From a virus: a stretch of DNA of 64,000 bases. The number at the start of each line of letters is the position of its first letter. Position 1 is the first letter of the stretch. Under the pieces are notes generated by a model. It was not told the DNA's origin. It saw only the letters and a list, made by a program, of their open reading frames with translations, and made no database searches. Made by a program: the position numbers and the translations under genes. Where the stretch lies: the IMG/VR virus record IMGVR_UViG_3300038427_000078, one strand, 5' to 3'. Below are positions 24,392 through 34,603 of the stretch, one piece after another.

Positions 24392-25897
24392 ATGGCTCCT
24401 CACTACATCCCACCTGGCGTTACGATCACTGAGGCAGTACAGCCTCAGATTGTTCCTCTCGTCACATCCACCGCAGAACTCGTCATCGTCGGTCAAGCCG
24501 GAGGCGTCCAGACACGAACGGACCAGATCGTCGTGGGCAAAGCAGGTACGGAACAGGCGCTTCCCTACCTAGCGCAAGTCCCGCATACCAAACTCGTTGG
24601 CGAAAAACCGATCAAAACGGTCATCAACACCTTCCACCCGTCAGAACCGTCCGGTTCCAAAGGCAAAGGCTACAAAGAAGGCGAATCCTGGGAAATCAAA
24701 TCCGAAAAGTTCGTGAACAAGGAAGGGGAACACCCGATCCCGGAGGGCACCGTGGTCAGCATCACCTACACCTTCATCGCGGGCAACTACTACAACCCGA
24801 TCCGGCTCTTCGATGCTTCCGAAGTCCAGTCGCGGTTCGGTGAACCCATCGTCGGCGGCAAAGTCGCCTCTCCGCTATCCCTAGCGGCAACCAAGGCATT
24901 TGAAAACGGAGCACAGACAGTCATCTGTCAGCCGTTGTTCAAGACCTCATCCGGCTCGCTCGAATACAACCAGCTTGGCTACATCGTCAACGGTGAAGCC
25001 CTGACCGAAGAAGAAGCCGAAGAACCGACGCATTGGGCCACGACCCTACAGGCTCTCGGTACCGTCGAAGTCATCGACATCCTCGTTCCGGTCAGCGGCG
25101 TCGAAGAAGTTCTCGACAAGGTGCTCCAACTAGAGCAGGACCGGGCGTACGAACAGCAGTACGTCTTTGGGGTCTACGGGACCGACACAACGGTCACTGC
25201 GAAAACCGCTGCCGAAATCCGCACACTGGCGAAAGCTCTTGCAGGCTACGCGAGCGGTGCGTACTCACAGCAGAACATCCTCATCAATACCAGCAGCTTC
25301 AACGTCCGCGCTTCGCAGAGCGAAGAAATCCAGGTCGGCGGTCAGTACGTGGCCGCAGCCATCGCCGGTAAAATGGCTGGCTCACCGGCCTCACAGTCTC
25401 TCACCCGTCAGCCGATTGGCGGCTTCCGCGCTGTCAACGATCACCGCAACTCGTCTGAAAAGAACCTCGACGCCGAAAACGGCCTCATGGTCGTGGAGGA
25501 AATCAAGGGCGGATCCATCCGCATCCGCCACGGCATCACCATCGACACCGAAGGTGGCGCTGCCCGCTCTGAGGTATCCGTGGTCAGGGCCAAGTTCAAC
25601 GTCATCGAATCAATCCGTGAAACCCTCGAAAATCAGGTCATCGGCAAGATCATCGCTGACTCGAACTCTCCGGTCATCGTGCGCTCAGCCATCAGCGCTG
25701 TGCTAGCGGTGCTCGAAAGGACTCGCCAGATCGTCGGCTACAACATTCCGGAAGTCAAAGTGGCTTCTCTAGAACCGACGACTCTCGTCGCATCGTTCAG
25801 CTACCGTCCAGCCTTCACCGTCAACTACATCGACATCGTGTTCCAGCTTGATCTCTCAAGCCAGAGCGTGACCGTGTTCGAAGAACAAAAAGTCTGA
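24392..25897 (+). CDS. Tail sheath protein
   Basis: YIPPGVTITE N-terminus, SPLSLAA..AFENGA, and RIRHGIT..EVSVVR..SYRPAFTVNYIDIVF sheath C-terminus. Confidence 0.9.
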   Translation: MAPHYIPPGVTITEAVQPQIVPLVTSTAELVIVGQAGGVQTRTDQIVVGKAGTEQALPYLAQVPHTKLVGEKPIKTVINTFHPSEPSGSKGKGYKEGESWEIKSEKFVNKEGEHPIPEGTVVSITYTFIAGNYYNPIRLFDASEVQSRFGEPIVGGKVASPLSLAATKAFENGAQTVICQPLFKTSSGSLEYNQLGYIVNGEALTEEEAEEPTHWATTLQALGTVEVIDILVPVSGVEEVLDKVLQLEQDRAYEQQYVFGVYGTDTTVTAKTAAEIRTLAKALAGYASGAYSQQNILINTSSFNVRASQSEEIQVGGQYVAAAIAGKMAGSPASQSLTRQPIGGFRAVNDHRNSSEKNLDAENGLMVVEEIKGGSIRIRHGITIDTEGGAARSEVSVVRAKFNVIESIRETLENQVIGKIIADSNSPVIVRSAISAVLAVLERTRQIVGYNIPEVKVASLEPTTLVASFSYRPAFTVNYIDIVFQLDLSSQSVTVFEEQKV

Positions 25898-25918
25898 TAC
25901 GCATAGGTAATCTGTGAG

Positions 25919-26620
25919 ATGGCATCAGAATTCTTGAAATCCAGAGGTCGAGTCGGTGGTTCCGGCTTCACCGTATTCACCTTCGGCGGACAGCCAATCG
26001 CGTTCTGCCAGCAGGTGTCCTACACCAGCCCCCAGCCAGTCGGCGGAGGCGCTTCCCCTATTCAGCCGATGGACGAGCCGTACCCGGTTGAGATTATGAC
26101 GCCCGCCGCAGCAGGCATGGGCCAAGTCGTACTCAACTTGTTCGAGCTTTTCGGATCCAACGGCATCGCATCGAAGGTGTGGGACCGTCTAGGTCTATCC
26201 CTCGGTGCCGGGTTCAGCGCAAGCAACCCATTCGGAGCCAACACTCCGGAAAACCAGTCAACGAACTTCACCCTCACAGGCGAAACCGTCAAGAACGAAC
26301 AGAGCGCACCATTTGCGGGCGCTGTGGACATCGTGGACGTGTTCGTCCGTCAGGCACAGACCGAAGCCCACAAGCTACAGATCGTCAAGATCGTTCGCCC
26401 GCTCAACCCGAACGGACCTCCGGGTAACGCCGAAGTCCAGCCGTACACAGAAGAGTACCACGGCTGCGCGATCACGAACATTCAGGATGGCGAGCAGATT
26501 TCTGTCGGCACGATGGAAATCCTCAAGCAGATCACGGTCAACTTCTGCTACGTGACCCGTAACGGACAGACGAGCCTCGCGTTCAAACTCCGTAACGACC
26601 CACTAGCCGCTGCTGGCTGA
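25919..26620 (+). CDS. Tail tube protein
   Basis: Follows the sheath gene. RVGGSGFTVF and YHGCAITNIQDGEQISVGTM motifs. Confidence 0.85.
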   Translation: MASEFLKSRGRVGGSGFTVFTFGGQPIAFCQQVSYTSPQPVGGGASPIQPMDEPYPVEIMTPAAAGMGQVVLNLFELFGSNGIASKVWDRLGLSLGAGFSASNPFGANTPENQSTNFTLTGETVKNEQSAPFAGAVDIVDVFVRQAQTEAHKLQIVKIVRPLNPNGPPGNAEVQPYTEEYHGCAITNIQDGEQISVGTMEILKQITVNFCYVTRNGQTSLAFKLRNDPLAAAG

Positions 26621-26648
26621 TTCAAGTTAGTCTAGAAAGGAGAGTAGT

Positions 26649-26990
26649 ATGGCTTTCGACAAGAAAGCATACATGAGGGAGTATCGACCAAGGTATCGTC
26701 AAGAACATCCTGAGAAGAATCGCGACTATCAGAGGAAGCGCGAACAGGAAAGACGCGATCTATTCGCGGATATCAAGACCAAAGCCGGTTGTGCTCGATG
26801 CGGATACAAAGACAACCCATATGGACTAGAGTTTCATCATCGCGACCCAAGCGAAAAGAGTTTCCCTATCGCTCATGGTTCCAAACGTTCCCTCAAAGCG
26901 ATACTAGCAGAGATTGCAAAGTGTGATGTCCTTTGCGGTACATGTCATTCTATCGTAACTCACGATCCGGAGGTTAGGTCAAATGTCTGA
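26649..26990 (+). CDS. HNH endonuclease
   Basis: GCARCG..LEFHHRDP..KCDVLCGTCH. Confidence 0.85.
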   Translation: MAFDKKAYMREYRPRYRQEHPEKNRDYQRKREQERRDLFADIKTKAGCARCGYKDNPYGLEFHHRDPSEKSFPIAHGSKRSLKAILAEIAKCDVLCGTCHSIVTHDPEVRSNV

Positions 26991-27537
26991 GGAGACTCAG
27001 GAGCAAGGTGAGAAGGGACCAGAGAAGGTCGAACCGTTCAAGCTGTTCTCGCCACGTATTCAGGAGGCGGTACAGGGACTCTTGTTCCTGGGCCATTTGC
27101 AGAAGGATTTCAACTTCTGTGGACACAACTTCACGCTTCGCACCCTCCGCCCTGCGGAGAGAGCCGCTATCGCCGTGGTCATCAAGCCGTGGCGCGAAAC
27201 CATCGCTGAGCCGGAAGTGTGGGCGAACGCTCAGGTGGCCGCAGCCCTTGTCTCCATCGACGGCTACTCTGACTTCTTGCAGCAGGCTGGACCCGACCTA
27301 GAGTCGCACGTTCGCGCACGACTGCGCTACATCACCAACTCAGAGACAGGCTGGTACGGACCGACCATCTCGTTCCTCTACGACTGTCTCCTTGGCATGG
27401 AAGACGAAGCGCTGAAAGCGCTGAACGAGCTACAAAATTTATCACAGAGGGATCTGGACCAATTGCGACCCTCGCCAGATTCCTTAGAGACACCGGGTAC
27501 CTCACCCGACGAGACAACCTTGGACTTCCCCTCCTGA
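26983..27537 (+). CDS. Tail assembly chaperone (G form)
   Basis: Lies between tube and tape measure genes and contains a slippery heptamer. Confidence 0.8.
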   Translation: MSEETQEQGEKGPEKVEPFKLFSPRIQEAVQGLLFLGHLQKDFNFCGHNFTLRTLRPAERAAIAVVIKPWRETIAEPEVWANAQVAAALVSIDGYSDFLQQAGPDLESHVRARLRYITNSETGWYGPTISFLYDCLLGMEDEALKALNELQNLSQRDLDQLRPSPDSLETPGTSPDETTLDFPS

Positions 27538-27782
27538 ACGCGCTCCACCTGGAACTGGTGCAGTACCTCGCCCAGCTAGACGAGGAGGCGAAGGACCGCG
27601 AAGCCGAAGGTGAAATGGAGCGCAACATCTTCGCGACCAACCCGGCTCTATGGAAGCACATGTACGCTCCGAACATGAACGAGGACGGCGAAGTCATCCT
27701 CACACCGGGTAGCCCGGAGGAGTTGAAGGAAATGGCCGCAGAGTGGGGCTTGACACCCGAGGAAATAGCCGAACTCGGATGA
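26983..27782 (+). CDS. Tail assembly chaperone GT form via -1 frameshift
   Basis: The -1 frame is open from the heptamer to 27782 (..ITEGSGPIATLARFLRDTGYL..). Confidence 0.75.
27435..27441 (+). other. -1 ribosomal frameshift heptamer A-AAT-TTA
   Basis: Canonical X XXY YYZ pattern in the correct phase (CAA AAT TTA). Confidence 0.8.
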
Positions 27783-27813
27783 TGAAATAGCGAGGGGCGG
27801 GGCGTAATAGCTG

Positions 27814-29904
27814 ATGGCCGACGAATCTCCACAGCCGATTGATCCGCAGCGCTCGCTCAAACGTTCGCTTGACCAGCTAACACAGGCGGTGCGGTCGATG
27901 AACAAGCACCTGGAATCCCTCGACGCTGAGGGCCAGGGCCAGTACATCGAGGGCCAGAAAGAGTCGAACGCAGCGAAAAAGATCCGCGAAGCATCGTGGT
28001 CTATGCAGGAGGCTAGAAAACCCTCCTCCCAGCTACAGCAGCCGGGTTCACTCAACCCCGACGCCTCTATCTCTGACGCGATTGCGTCGATCAAGTCGGC
28101 CTACGAGAACCAGAATGTGAACGCGGTTCAGCGGGCCGCTGATATGGTCAATAAAGCGGGCACCATGAGGCTACCAGAAGCGGAAGCTCAGGAAGCCAAA
28201 GAAGACGAAGCGAACTACTACCAGGAACTCCAAGACAAGCGCATGACTGGCCTGGGATGGATGACCCCCGACAAGATGGAAAAGCTGCGCGCAGAAACTC
28301 CGCATCTCAAGGGCTACTCCTACGGCAATTGGGAACGCAAAGCAAGGGTCGTTGAAAGCCGAGTCGGTGGAGCGCAAGCCTACGCAACTAAAGCCGCAGC
28401 CAAGATGGGTGAAGAAGGTCACGAAGGACTGGCGAATGCTTTCGGAAGTGTTGCCAAGGGCGCAGGCAAGATAGAAGAAAATGCCATGCCTATCGTCATT
28501 GGCGTAGACATGGCAAAGCGAGCCTGGGCAGGAATGGAAAAGGGACAGAGGAACGTTATCGAAGGTACGGGCCTGGGCTACTCCGGTGAAGGCGTACCTG
28601 GCGGTCAGTTCCTACCAGGAGGTATTCGTAACCCGCTGGCTCTCTTCACCGAAGCTGGTCAGCAAGGGTTCGGCATCAAAGCCGCTGCCATCGAAAACGC
28701 CCTCAAGGGTAACCTTGGGTTCGGTGAATCCGCCAAGCTGTCTGAAAACCTCGCCAGCCTGGGATTCAGCAACCGACACGGCAGCGGTATCCCAGGCTTC
28801 CTCGGCCTGGACAACAGCGGTCGCAACCAAGAACTTGTGGAACTCGGCAGCAAAGCGAAACGAGAGGGCTTGCCGGAAGCCGAGTTCGTGAAAATGGCCG
28901 AAGGCATCAGGTTCGGTGGAGGTTCGATCAAGCAGTTGAACGAAAACATCAACGGGCTAGGCGAAGCTGCCAAGAATGCTGGAACCAGCACGAAGGTACT
29001 GGCCGAAAGCATGAACGAATACGCCGCCCTCACCGAAAAGGAAGGACCGAAAACAGCGCAGGAACGCAAGGGCAGGGAAATCTTCGAAAACACAGGTAGG
29101 CCCGCGAAGCTGACTGCCGAAGTGAACAACACGGCGCTAGGCAAGGCGACGGCTGGTCGCTACGGGATCCTCCCTGGCACCATTGGCAACACCAAAGGTG
29201 ACTTCCAGAACGCCATTGAATTGCAGACCATCGAACAGGCCGCTCACATGACGCGCGGTGGTGTGGTAGCTCACATCACGAACCCGGAAACTGGTGAAAC
29301 GATCACCAGCGGTAACTCGAAGGAAATGCAAGCTGCCGAAATGTCCAAAATCTACGGCATCCCGCCGCAGCTAGCGATGCTGTATCTCAACGACCCGAAG
29401 AAGTTCAAGCAGTCCGAGTTCGCGGGCGGTGAAATCTCCAACCACATCAAGCGTCTACAGGCCGAGCAGAAGTCAGGTCTGCCAGGATACAATCAGGGAG
29501 CCGAATGGGGCAAGCTGTGGGGTGCCACGGACGATCTTATCACCGCAAAGCAGTACCAGGCCGACTACAAGATCGACAAAGGAGGCATCAAGTCACAGCA
29601 GGCGTTGCAGGCGCAGGTTGACGAAGCCAAAGAAAAGCTCAATGAACAGCAGGGCAACGGTCAGGGCGAAATCACACTCAGCAAGGAAGCTCAGCGATTC
29701 TTCAAGCTCAACATGCCGAAACAGTATGCGAAGTTCCAGAAGGAACGTGAAAAGGAAGAAGGCAAGTCGGGAGCGCAAGGAGCTACGAAACCAAGTACGG
29801 GCAAGACCTCGATACCAGGAGAAGCCTTGGGTGCTCTAGGCAACGCGGCTCAGGCGGGGGCCGAAGCTCTGCCTAACCTCGCTCTTCACGCCTTCCTACC
29901 GTAA
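27814..29904 (+). CDS. Tape measure protein (short)
   Basis: Follows the chaperone. Helical, A/G/E/K-rich, 696 aa, with the late motif at 27804. Confidence 0.7.
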   Translation: MADESPQPIDPQRSLKRSLDQLTQAVRSMNKHLESLDAEGQGQYIEGQKESNAAKKIREASWSMQEARKPSSQLQQPGSLNPDASISDAIASIKSAYENQNVNAVQRAADMVNKAGTMRLPEAEAQEAKEDEANYYQELQDKRMTGLGWMTPDKMEKLRAETPHLKGYSYGNWERKARVVESRVGGAQAYATKAAAKMGEEGHEGLANAFGSVAKGAGKIEENAMPIVIGVDMAKRAWAGMEKGQRNVIEGTGLGYSGEGVPGGQFLPGGIRNPLALFTEAGQQGFGIKAAAIENALKGNLGFGESAKLSENLASLGFSNRHGSGIPGFLGLDNSGRNQELVELGSKAKREGLPEAEFVKMAEGIRFGGGSIKQLNENINGLGEAAKNAGTSTKVLAESMNEYAALTEKEGPKTAQERKGREIFENTGRPAKLTAEVNNTALGKATAGRYGILPGTIGNTKGDFQNAIELQTIEQAAHMTRGGVVAHITNPETGETITSGNSKEMQAAEMSKIYGIPPQLAMLYLNDPKKFKQSEFAGGEISNHIKRLQAEQKSGLPGYNQGAEWGKLWGATDDLITAKQYQADYKIDKGGIKSQQALQAQVDEAKEKLNEQQGNGQGEITLSKEAQRFFKLNMPKQYAKFQKEREKEEGKSGAQGATKPSTGKTSIPGEALGALGNAAQAGAEALPNLALHAFLP

Positions 29905-29912
29905 GGGTCACC

Positions 29913-30734
29913 ATGAGTGAAGTCATCTTCAACCATAGCAAGACCGGCAAGCTGGTGATGCCCATCGGCCTGAACGGTGTCTCCTGGGCGTACATGCTCA
30001 ATACCGCAACCTTCAATACCTACGGCGGCGAAGTGGTGCAGATCCTTAGCTGCTATATCGACGCTCTCACCGTCGAGGGAGATGTCAAGCGTTACAAAGA
30101 TGCCGAGGAAGTGTACGAATTCTTCGCCGCGTACTTCACTGCTGCGACACAGGGAGCCACGGCAGAACACAACGGCCAGGAAGGGGTCTTCGAACAGGAG
30201 CCGATGTCTCTTGAATACCCGGACCGAGGGTGGACCTTCTGGATCCAGCCGATGTCCGCACCTGGCTTTCTGTATGGCAAGAACGTAGTGACTCCGAAAT
30301 GGAGAATGCAGGCGTGGATCGTGGACCGAGGATTGAACAACGAAGAGTTGAAACAGTACGTCGGTGAATACGCACAGAAACAGATCGCAGAACTCGGTGG
30401 GCGCTTCAACCTCACCGGAGAACTCTCACCTGTGTCCGGTGACCCAGCCAACAACCCGTTCATCGCTCCTCTTGTTCCGAAGGTGTCGGAACCGAACGCC
30501 AAAGGCGAATACGAATTCGAACCTGTCAAGGCGGAAGAAGTGCAGTCGAACGTGGAACGCCTCGCTGACTTCTACACCAGCCTGATCCCGTCGTACCTCA
30601 AAGGCGACTTCGCAGACGTGACACAGGTGTCAGGATCATCACCCATCTTTAGCCAGCCGGGTTCACCTACGACGGAAGAACGTGCGGCGGAAAAGGGCAA
30701 CGTTGAACAGACGACACAAGGGTCGATCCAATGA
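29913..30734 (+). CDS. Baseplate / tail tube initiator-like protein
   Basis: WAYMLNT..TYGGEVVQILS motif and synteny. Confidence 0.55.
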   Translation: MSEVIFNHSKTGKLVMPIGLNGVSWAYMLNTATFNTYGGEVVQILSCYIDALTVEGDVKRYKDAEEVYEFFAAYFTAATQGATAEHNGQEGVFEQEPMSLEYPDRGWTFWIQPMSAPGFLYGKNVVTPKWRMQAWIVDRGLNNEELKQYVGEYAQKQIAELGGRFNLTGELSPVSGDPANNPFIAPLVPKVSEPNAKGEYEFEPVKAEEVQSNVERLADFYTSLIPSYLKGDFADVTQVSGSSPIFSQPGSPTTEERAAEKGNVEQTTQGSIQ

Positions 30735-31567
30735 TCCTTCCGCCTATCGCATGGGAGAGCCTACCGGACTTCACACTGGCTGACGCCACCAGTGTTAGCG
30801 CCAGCATTGTGCCTGCCGTTGACCAGGGCTATGACATCGAAGGAGTACGACGTACTCCGGCTCGGACAGAGGAAATCCTCTCCGCCTGCAACGGTGTACT
30901 CTGCACCCGTCAGCACCGCATGCGCTTCTTCATCAACTCAGTGGAAGTGGCGACGGGTATCTCGGCTCGCTTCGGACAGGGCCGACGTACCCGTGACATG
31001 TACCCACAGGCGTTTGTTATGCCTCGCTACAAAGTCAACGCGCAGTCGCTCACTCAGGAAGACTATGGCCTCATGTGTGAGTTCGTTCACGCGCACCACC
31101 AGGAAGCGGTCGGCAACGGTAACACTGTGCAGTTGAGCGTGCGGGAGGGATGGAACCCTTACACCAACCACGAAAACCTCGAACCGCAGCTTGAGAGCGC
31201 GGGTATGGCAGGCTACCACAAACCGATTGAGGCAGCCGGGTTCGTGTTGGAGATGCCCCGCACACATGAACGATTCGTATACACGCCCGAGTTCGAATTC
31301 GAATTCAGCGTGATGCAGTCATACATCGGCGTCTTCTCCGGACAAGTCTTCACCTACGACAACGTGCAGGAAAGCATCATGGAAATCCTTGAAGCACAGG
31401 AACGCCCGTTCAGTCAGGCTCCCCAGGCGAAACCTGCGCCCAAGGTCATTACGCCCGAAGAGGAAACTCAGCTACAGAAAGAACGTCACGAAAAGGCGTT
31501 CGGCCCTGGTCCTGGCATCAATAGTGGTCCTCTGTTCACTGACCAACCACCGAAACCGACGCGCTGA
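30731..31567 (+). CDS. Baseplate / minor tail protein
   Basis: Synteny and coupled overlaps. Confidence 0.55.
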   Translation: MILPPIAWESLPDFTLADATSVSASIVPAVDQGYDIEGVRRTPARTEEILSACNGVLCTRQHRMRFFINSVEVATGISARFGQGRRTRDMYPQAFVMPRYKVNAQSLTQEDYGLMCEFVHAHHQEAVGNGNTVQLSVREGWNPYTNHENLEPQLESAGMAGYHKPIEAAGFVLEMPRTHERFVYTPEFEFEFSVMQSYIGVFSGQVFTYDNVQESIMEILEAQERPFSQAPQAKPAPKVITPEEETQLQKERHEKAFGPGPGINSGPLFTDQPPKPTR

Positions 31568-34500
31568 TGGCAGGCAACTCAGACATCCAGAGACTCGTCT
31601 ATCCTCCGAAGGTGTGGGTCTTCGTCAAGACCGCCAACGGTGAAACGCTAGACCTCACGGACTACGTGATCAGCGGGGAAGTCGTTCGTCGCATCGGGGC
31701 TGCGTCCACGGCTAGCCTAGTGCTGCGTAACCCCAACCACTTGTTCACTGCGTTCAGCAAAAAATACGCGACACTGCACCCGATGGATCCGATCACGATC
31801 TACATGGAGCGCTTCCCTGGTCGTCACGTACAGGTGTTCACTGGCTACCTGGACACAACACCATACTTGCAGTTGATCCCTGGCCCGGTCACCATCGAAG
31901 CTACCTGCACACTCAAGCGGCTCGAATTCAACTGGTTCCAGCTAGCCCAGCAGTACACCCTCTCATTCTTCGAACACTTCGGATGGAAGCTCATCGGAGA
32001 AGGGGAAGCGGGAGGCATCATCCCTGTCAACCAGGGTCCGTACGCCAACAAACAGTTCGAAGAAGAGGCCAAAAAGAAGTGGGCACAGGAACTCGCGGAA
32101 GGCAAACGCAGCCAATCCGAAGTCGAACAGAAAGAAAAGTCACTCAAAGAAGAAGAAAAGGAAGCCGAAGACCGCGCGAAGAAGGCTACCGCCGCTCAGG
32201 GTGCCTCGCCCAATACCAACACACCCAACCCATTCTCGAACCCGCTCGAAGCTGGCAACGGCACAGGCGGCAAGCCACAGGTCATCGGTGACGACGGGTC
32301 ATTCAAGAAGCTCCTGTGGGCCATCCTCTACTACATGGCCGACTGGAAAGACGAGAACATCTACATCGAGGAAATCCCACCGGGCGTGCCGGAACTGATC
32401 GCCGCACTGTGGGCTGACTTCAACTCAGGCGAACGCCAGGAAGGACTCAAGGACTTGAAGGCGTTCTGGTCTGCTATCATCGGCGTGGGTGCCAAGGGCA
32501 GCGGTGGCGGGGCAGGCAACCCAGCCAACAAAGGAGGCAGCACCAAAACGGGTGACCTCACCGGCCTCAGTGAAATCATCGAAACGATGTCACAGACGGC
32601 TGAAAAATACGGCCTGCCTGCGAAGTTCGTCATCACCACATCACTGTGTGAGTGCAGCTTCAACCAGGCGGAGATTACCTCCAAGAACTCAGACGGTGCT
32701 ACTGGCTGGTTCCAGTTCACATCGAGCGAACCGTATCCTGGCATCAAAGTGAACTACCCAAGCGATGCCGAAGACACGGGCCTAGCCACGGCTGCCTTCT
32801 GTCAGGCCGCTGTGACCAAGGGTAACGCACTCGCCGGTGGTAAAGGACTGCCGCCTGAAAGCGAGTGGCAGCATTGGGCCGAGGAAACTCAGGTCGCTGG
32901 TAACGGAGCTTACGACCCAAGCTGGTCCCGCTGCGAGGCTCAGGCCGAAGGGTACCTACAGCAGTACAAACCGAAGAAGGCCGAAGGCAAGGAAGGTGGC
33001 TCTACCAGCGAACGAGGCAAGGTGGGTGAAGGTGAAACCAACAAGACAAGCTCATCCAGCAAAACACGCATCAAGGCGATGGAAGAAGAGGCCGACACCA
33101 TTGACTCCTTGAAGTACCCATACTCCTACGGCGGTGGTCACGCTAGCGCGGGTCGCCCAAGCATCGGTCCGGAACATGAGAACGGCGAAGGCCCGATGGT
33201 CCTTGGCTTCGACTGCTCAGGCTCCGTGGGCGCGGTGCTCGCTGCGGGAGGCTTCGTGCCTGAAAACAGTGCGATCCCCGCTTCGGGTGGGTTCAGTGGA
33301 CTCAACATTCCTGGCTGGTCGGCAGGTGAATCCACCAGCAGCCCTAGCGTCAACGTCTTCTTCAACGAAACCCACGCCTGGATGACCATCAACGGTCGGT
33401 ACTTTAGCACAGGTTGGAACGACAACCCGAAGAGCGGGGCAGGATGGGGCACTACCAACCACGCAGAACAGCCAGAACCTCGCGACAGCTACACCGTGAT
33501 GCACCTATCAACTGCGTCACTGGAACAGACATACACGGGTCACAAGCCTCCTACTCTCACAGGTGAACCAGGCAGCCCTGCCGAAAAGCTCGTCGGTGAA
33601 ACCGAATCTTCGAACGTCATGGGCACGGCCACTGCCGCTTCCTTCCTGTCACAGATCGCCGCCCCGAACGCCGAAGAAAGGTTGCTAGCCGACGCCATCG
33701 GTGGACAGCGAGCGCTCATGAACACGACGCCGGTGCTCGACCTAGTGGAACAGGTCTGCCAGTCATCGCTCCGCAGCTTCATGTCACTTCCGAACGGGGA
33801 CTTCTACGCCTTCTACCCGGACTACTTCGGAGAATTCGGTCACCACGAACCGTATTGGGCCATCAAAAACATCGAGGTCCAGTCGGGCACAGTGGAACTC
33901 ACAGACAGCAACCTCATCACCCACTACTTCGCCGTGGGCGATGTGTCATGGCCGGGTACCGTCACCTTCATCAACGACCTGTACGCAGGTGCCATGACTG
34001 TGTATGAAGCCTTCCAGCCTGGGATCCTACTCCACAACGAAAAGCCTGCCACCAAGGGCAACGAACCAGAAAAAGGGAGGGCCAACGGCAACACCAACGC
34101 AGCCATCGCCTTCCTCAAGCGCTATGGTGCGCGTCCTGCGAAACACGAATACAACATGGTGTTCTCCGCGCTGTTCGATCAGTTGCTTGCGTACCAGCAG
34201 TTCCTCCTCGGCTGGTCCCGACAGTTCCAGAGTTCGTTCCACTTCACATTCATGCCTGAGTTGTTCCCTGGCGGCAAGGTCGCTTTCCCGGAGACTGGCA
34301 TCAAGATGTACGTGGAAGAAGTCACGCACGCCTGGGACATCACGGACACCGGGTACGAGACATCTGCCGTCCTCTCCGCTCCGTCCATCTTCCGCAACAC
34401 GGAAAACACAGAGGCCATCAACGAACTGCCTGAAAACATGGTCGAGGCATTGATCGAGCCGCTACGCAACCAGATCGGCAAACCAACCAAACCGACCGAA

Positions 34501-34602
34501 CCTCCTCACACCCCAACCTCCCCCATCATCAAAACGAGGGAAGAAGCCCGCAACAAGGCGTTCGGTCCGGGAATTGGACTAGCGAACACATTGGTCGAAT
34601 GA
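31567..34602 (+). CDS. Baseplate hub with lysozyme-like and NlpC/P60 domains
   Basis: Hub-like N- and C-terminal regions enclosing ECSFN..GATGWFQF (transglycosylase-like) and YPYSYGGGH..FDCSGSV..HAW (NlpC/P60). Confidence 0.8.
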   Translation: MAGNSDIQRLVYPPKVWVFVKTANGETLDLTDYVISGEVVRRIGAASTASLVLRNPNHLFTAFSKKYATLHPMDPITIYMERFPGRHVQVFTGYLDTTPYLQLIPGPVTIEATCTLKRLEFNWFQLAQQYTLSFFEHFGWKLIGEGEAGGIIPVNQGPYANKQFEEEAKKKWAQELAEGKRSQSEVEQKEKSLKEEEKEAEDRAKKATAAQGASPNTNTPNPFSNPLEAGNGTGGKPQVIGDDGSFKKLLWAILYYMADWKDENIYIEEIPPGVPELIAALWADFNSGERQEGLKDLKAFWSAIIGVGAKGSGGGAGNPANKGGSTKTGDLTGLSEIIETMSQTAEKYGLPAKFVITTSLCECSFNQAEITSKNSDGATGWFQFTSSEPYPGIKVNYPSDAEDTGLATAAFCQAAVTKGNALAGGKGLPPESEWQHWAEETQVAGNGAYDPSWSRCEAQAEGYLQQYKPKKAEGKEGGSTSERGKVGEGETNKTSSSSKTRIKAMEEEADTIDSLKYPYSYGGGHASAGRPSIGPEHENGEGPMVLGFDCSGSVGAVLAAGGFVPENSAIPASGGFSGLNIPGWSAGESTSSPSVNVFFNETHAWMTINGRYFSTGWNDNPKSGAGWGTTNHAEQPEPRDSYTVMHLSTASLEQTYTGHKPPTLTGEPGSPAEKLVGETESSNVMGTATAASFLSQIAAPNAEERLLADAIGGQRALMNTTPVLDLVEQVCQSSLRSFMSLPNGDFYAFYPDYFGEFGHHEPYWAIKNIEVQSGTVELTDSNLITHYFAVGDVSWPGTVTFINDLYAGAMTVYEAFQPGILLHNEKPATKGNEPEKGRANGNTNAAIAFLKRYGARPAKHEYNMVFSALFDQLLAYQQFLLGWSRQFQSSFHFTFMPELFPGGKVAFPETGIKMYVEEVTHAWDITDTGYETSAVLSAPSIFRNTENTEAINELPENMVEALIEPLRNQIGKPTKPTEPPHTPTSPIIKTREEARNKAFGPGIGLANTLVE

Positions 34603-34603
34603 C

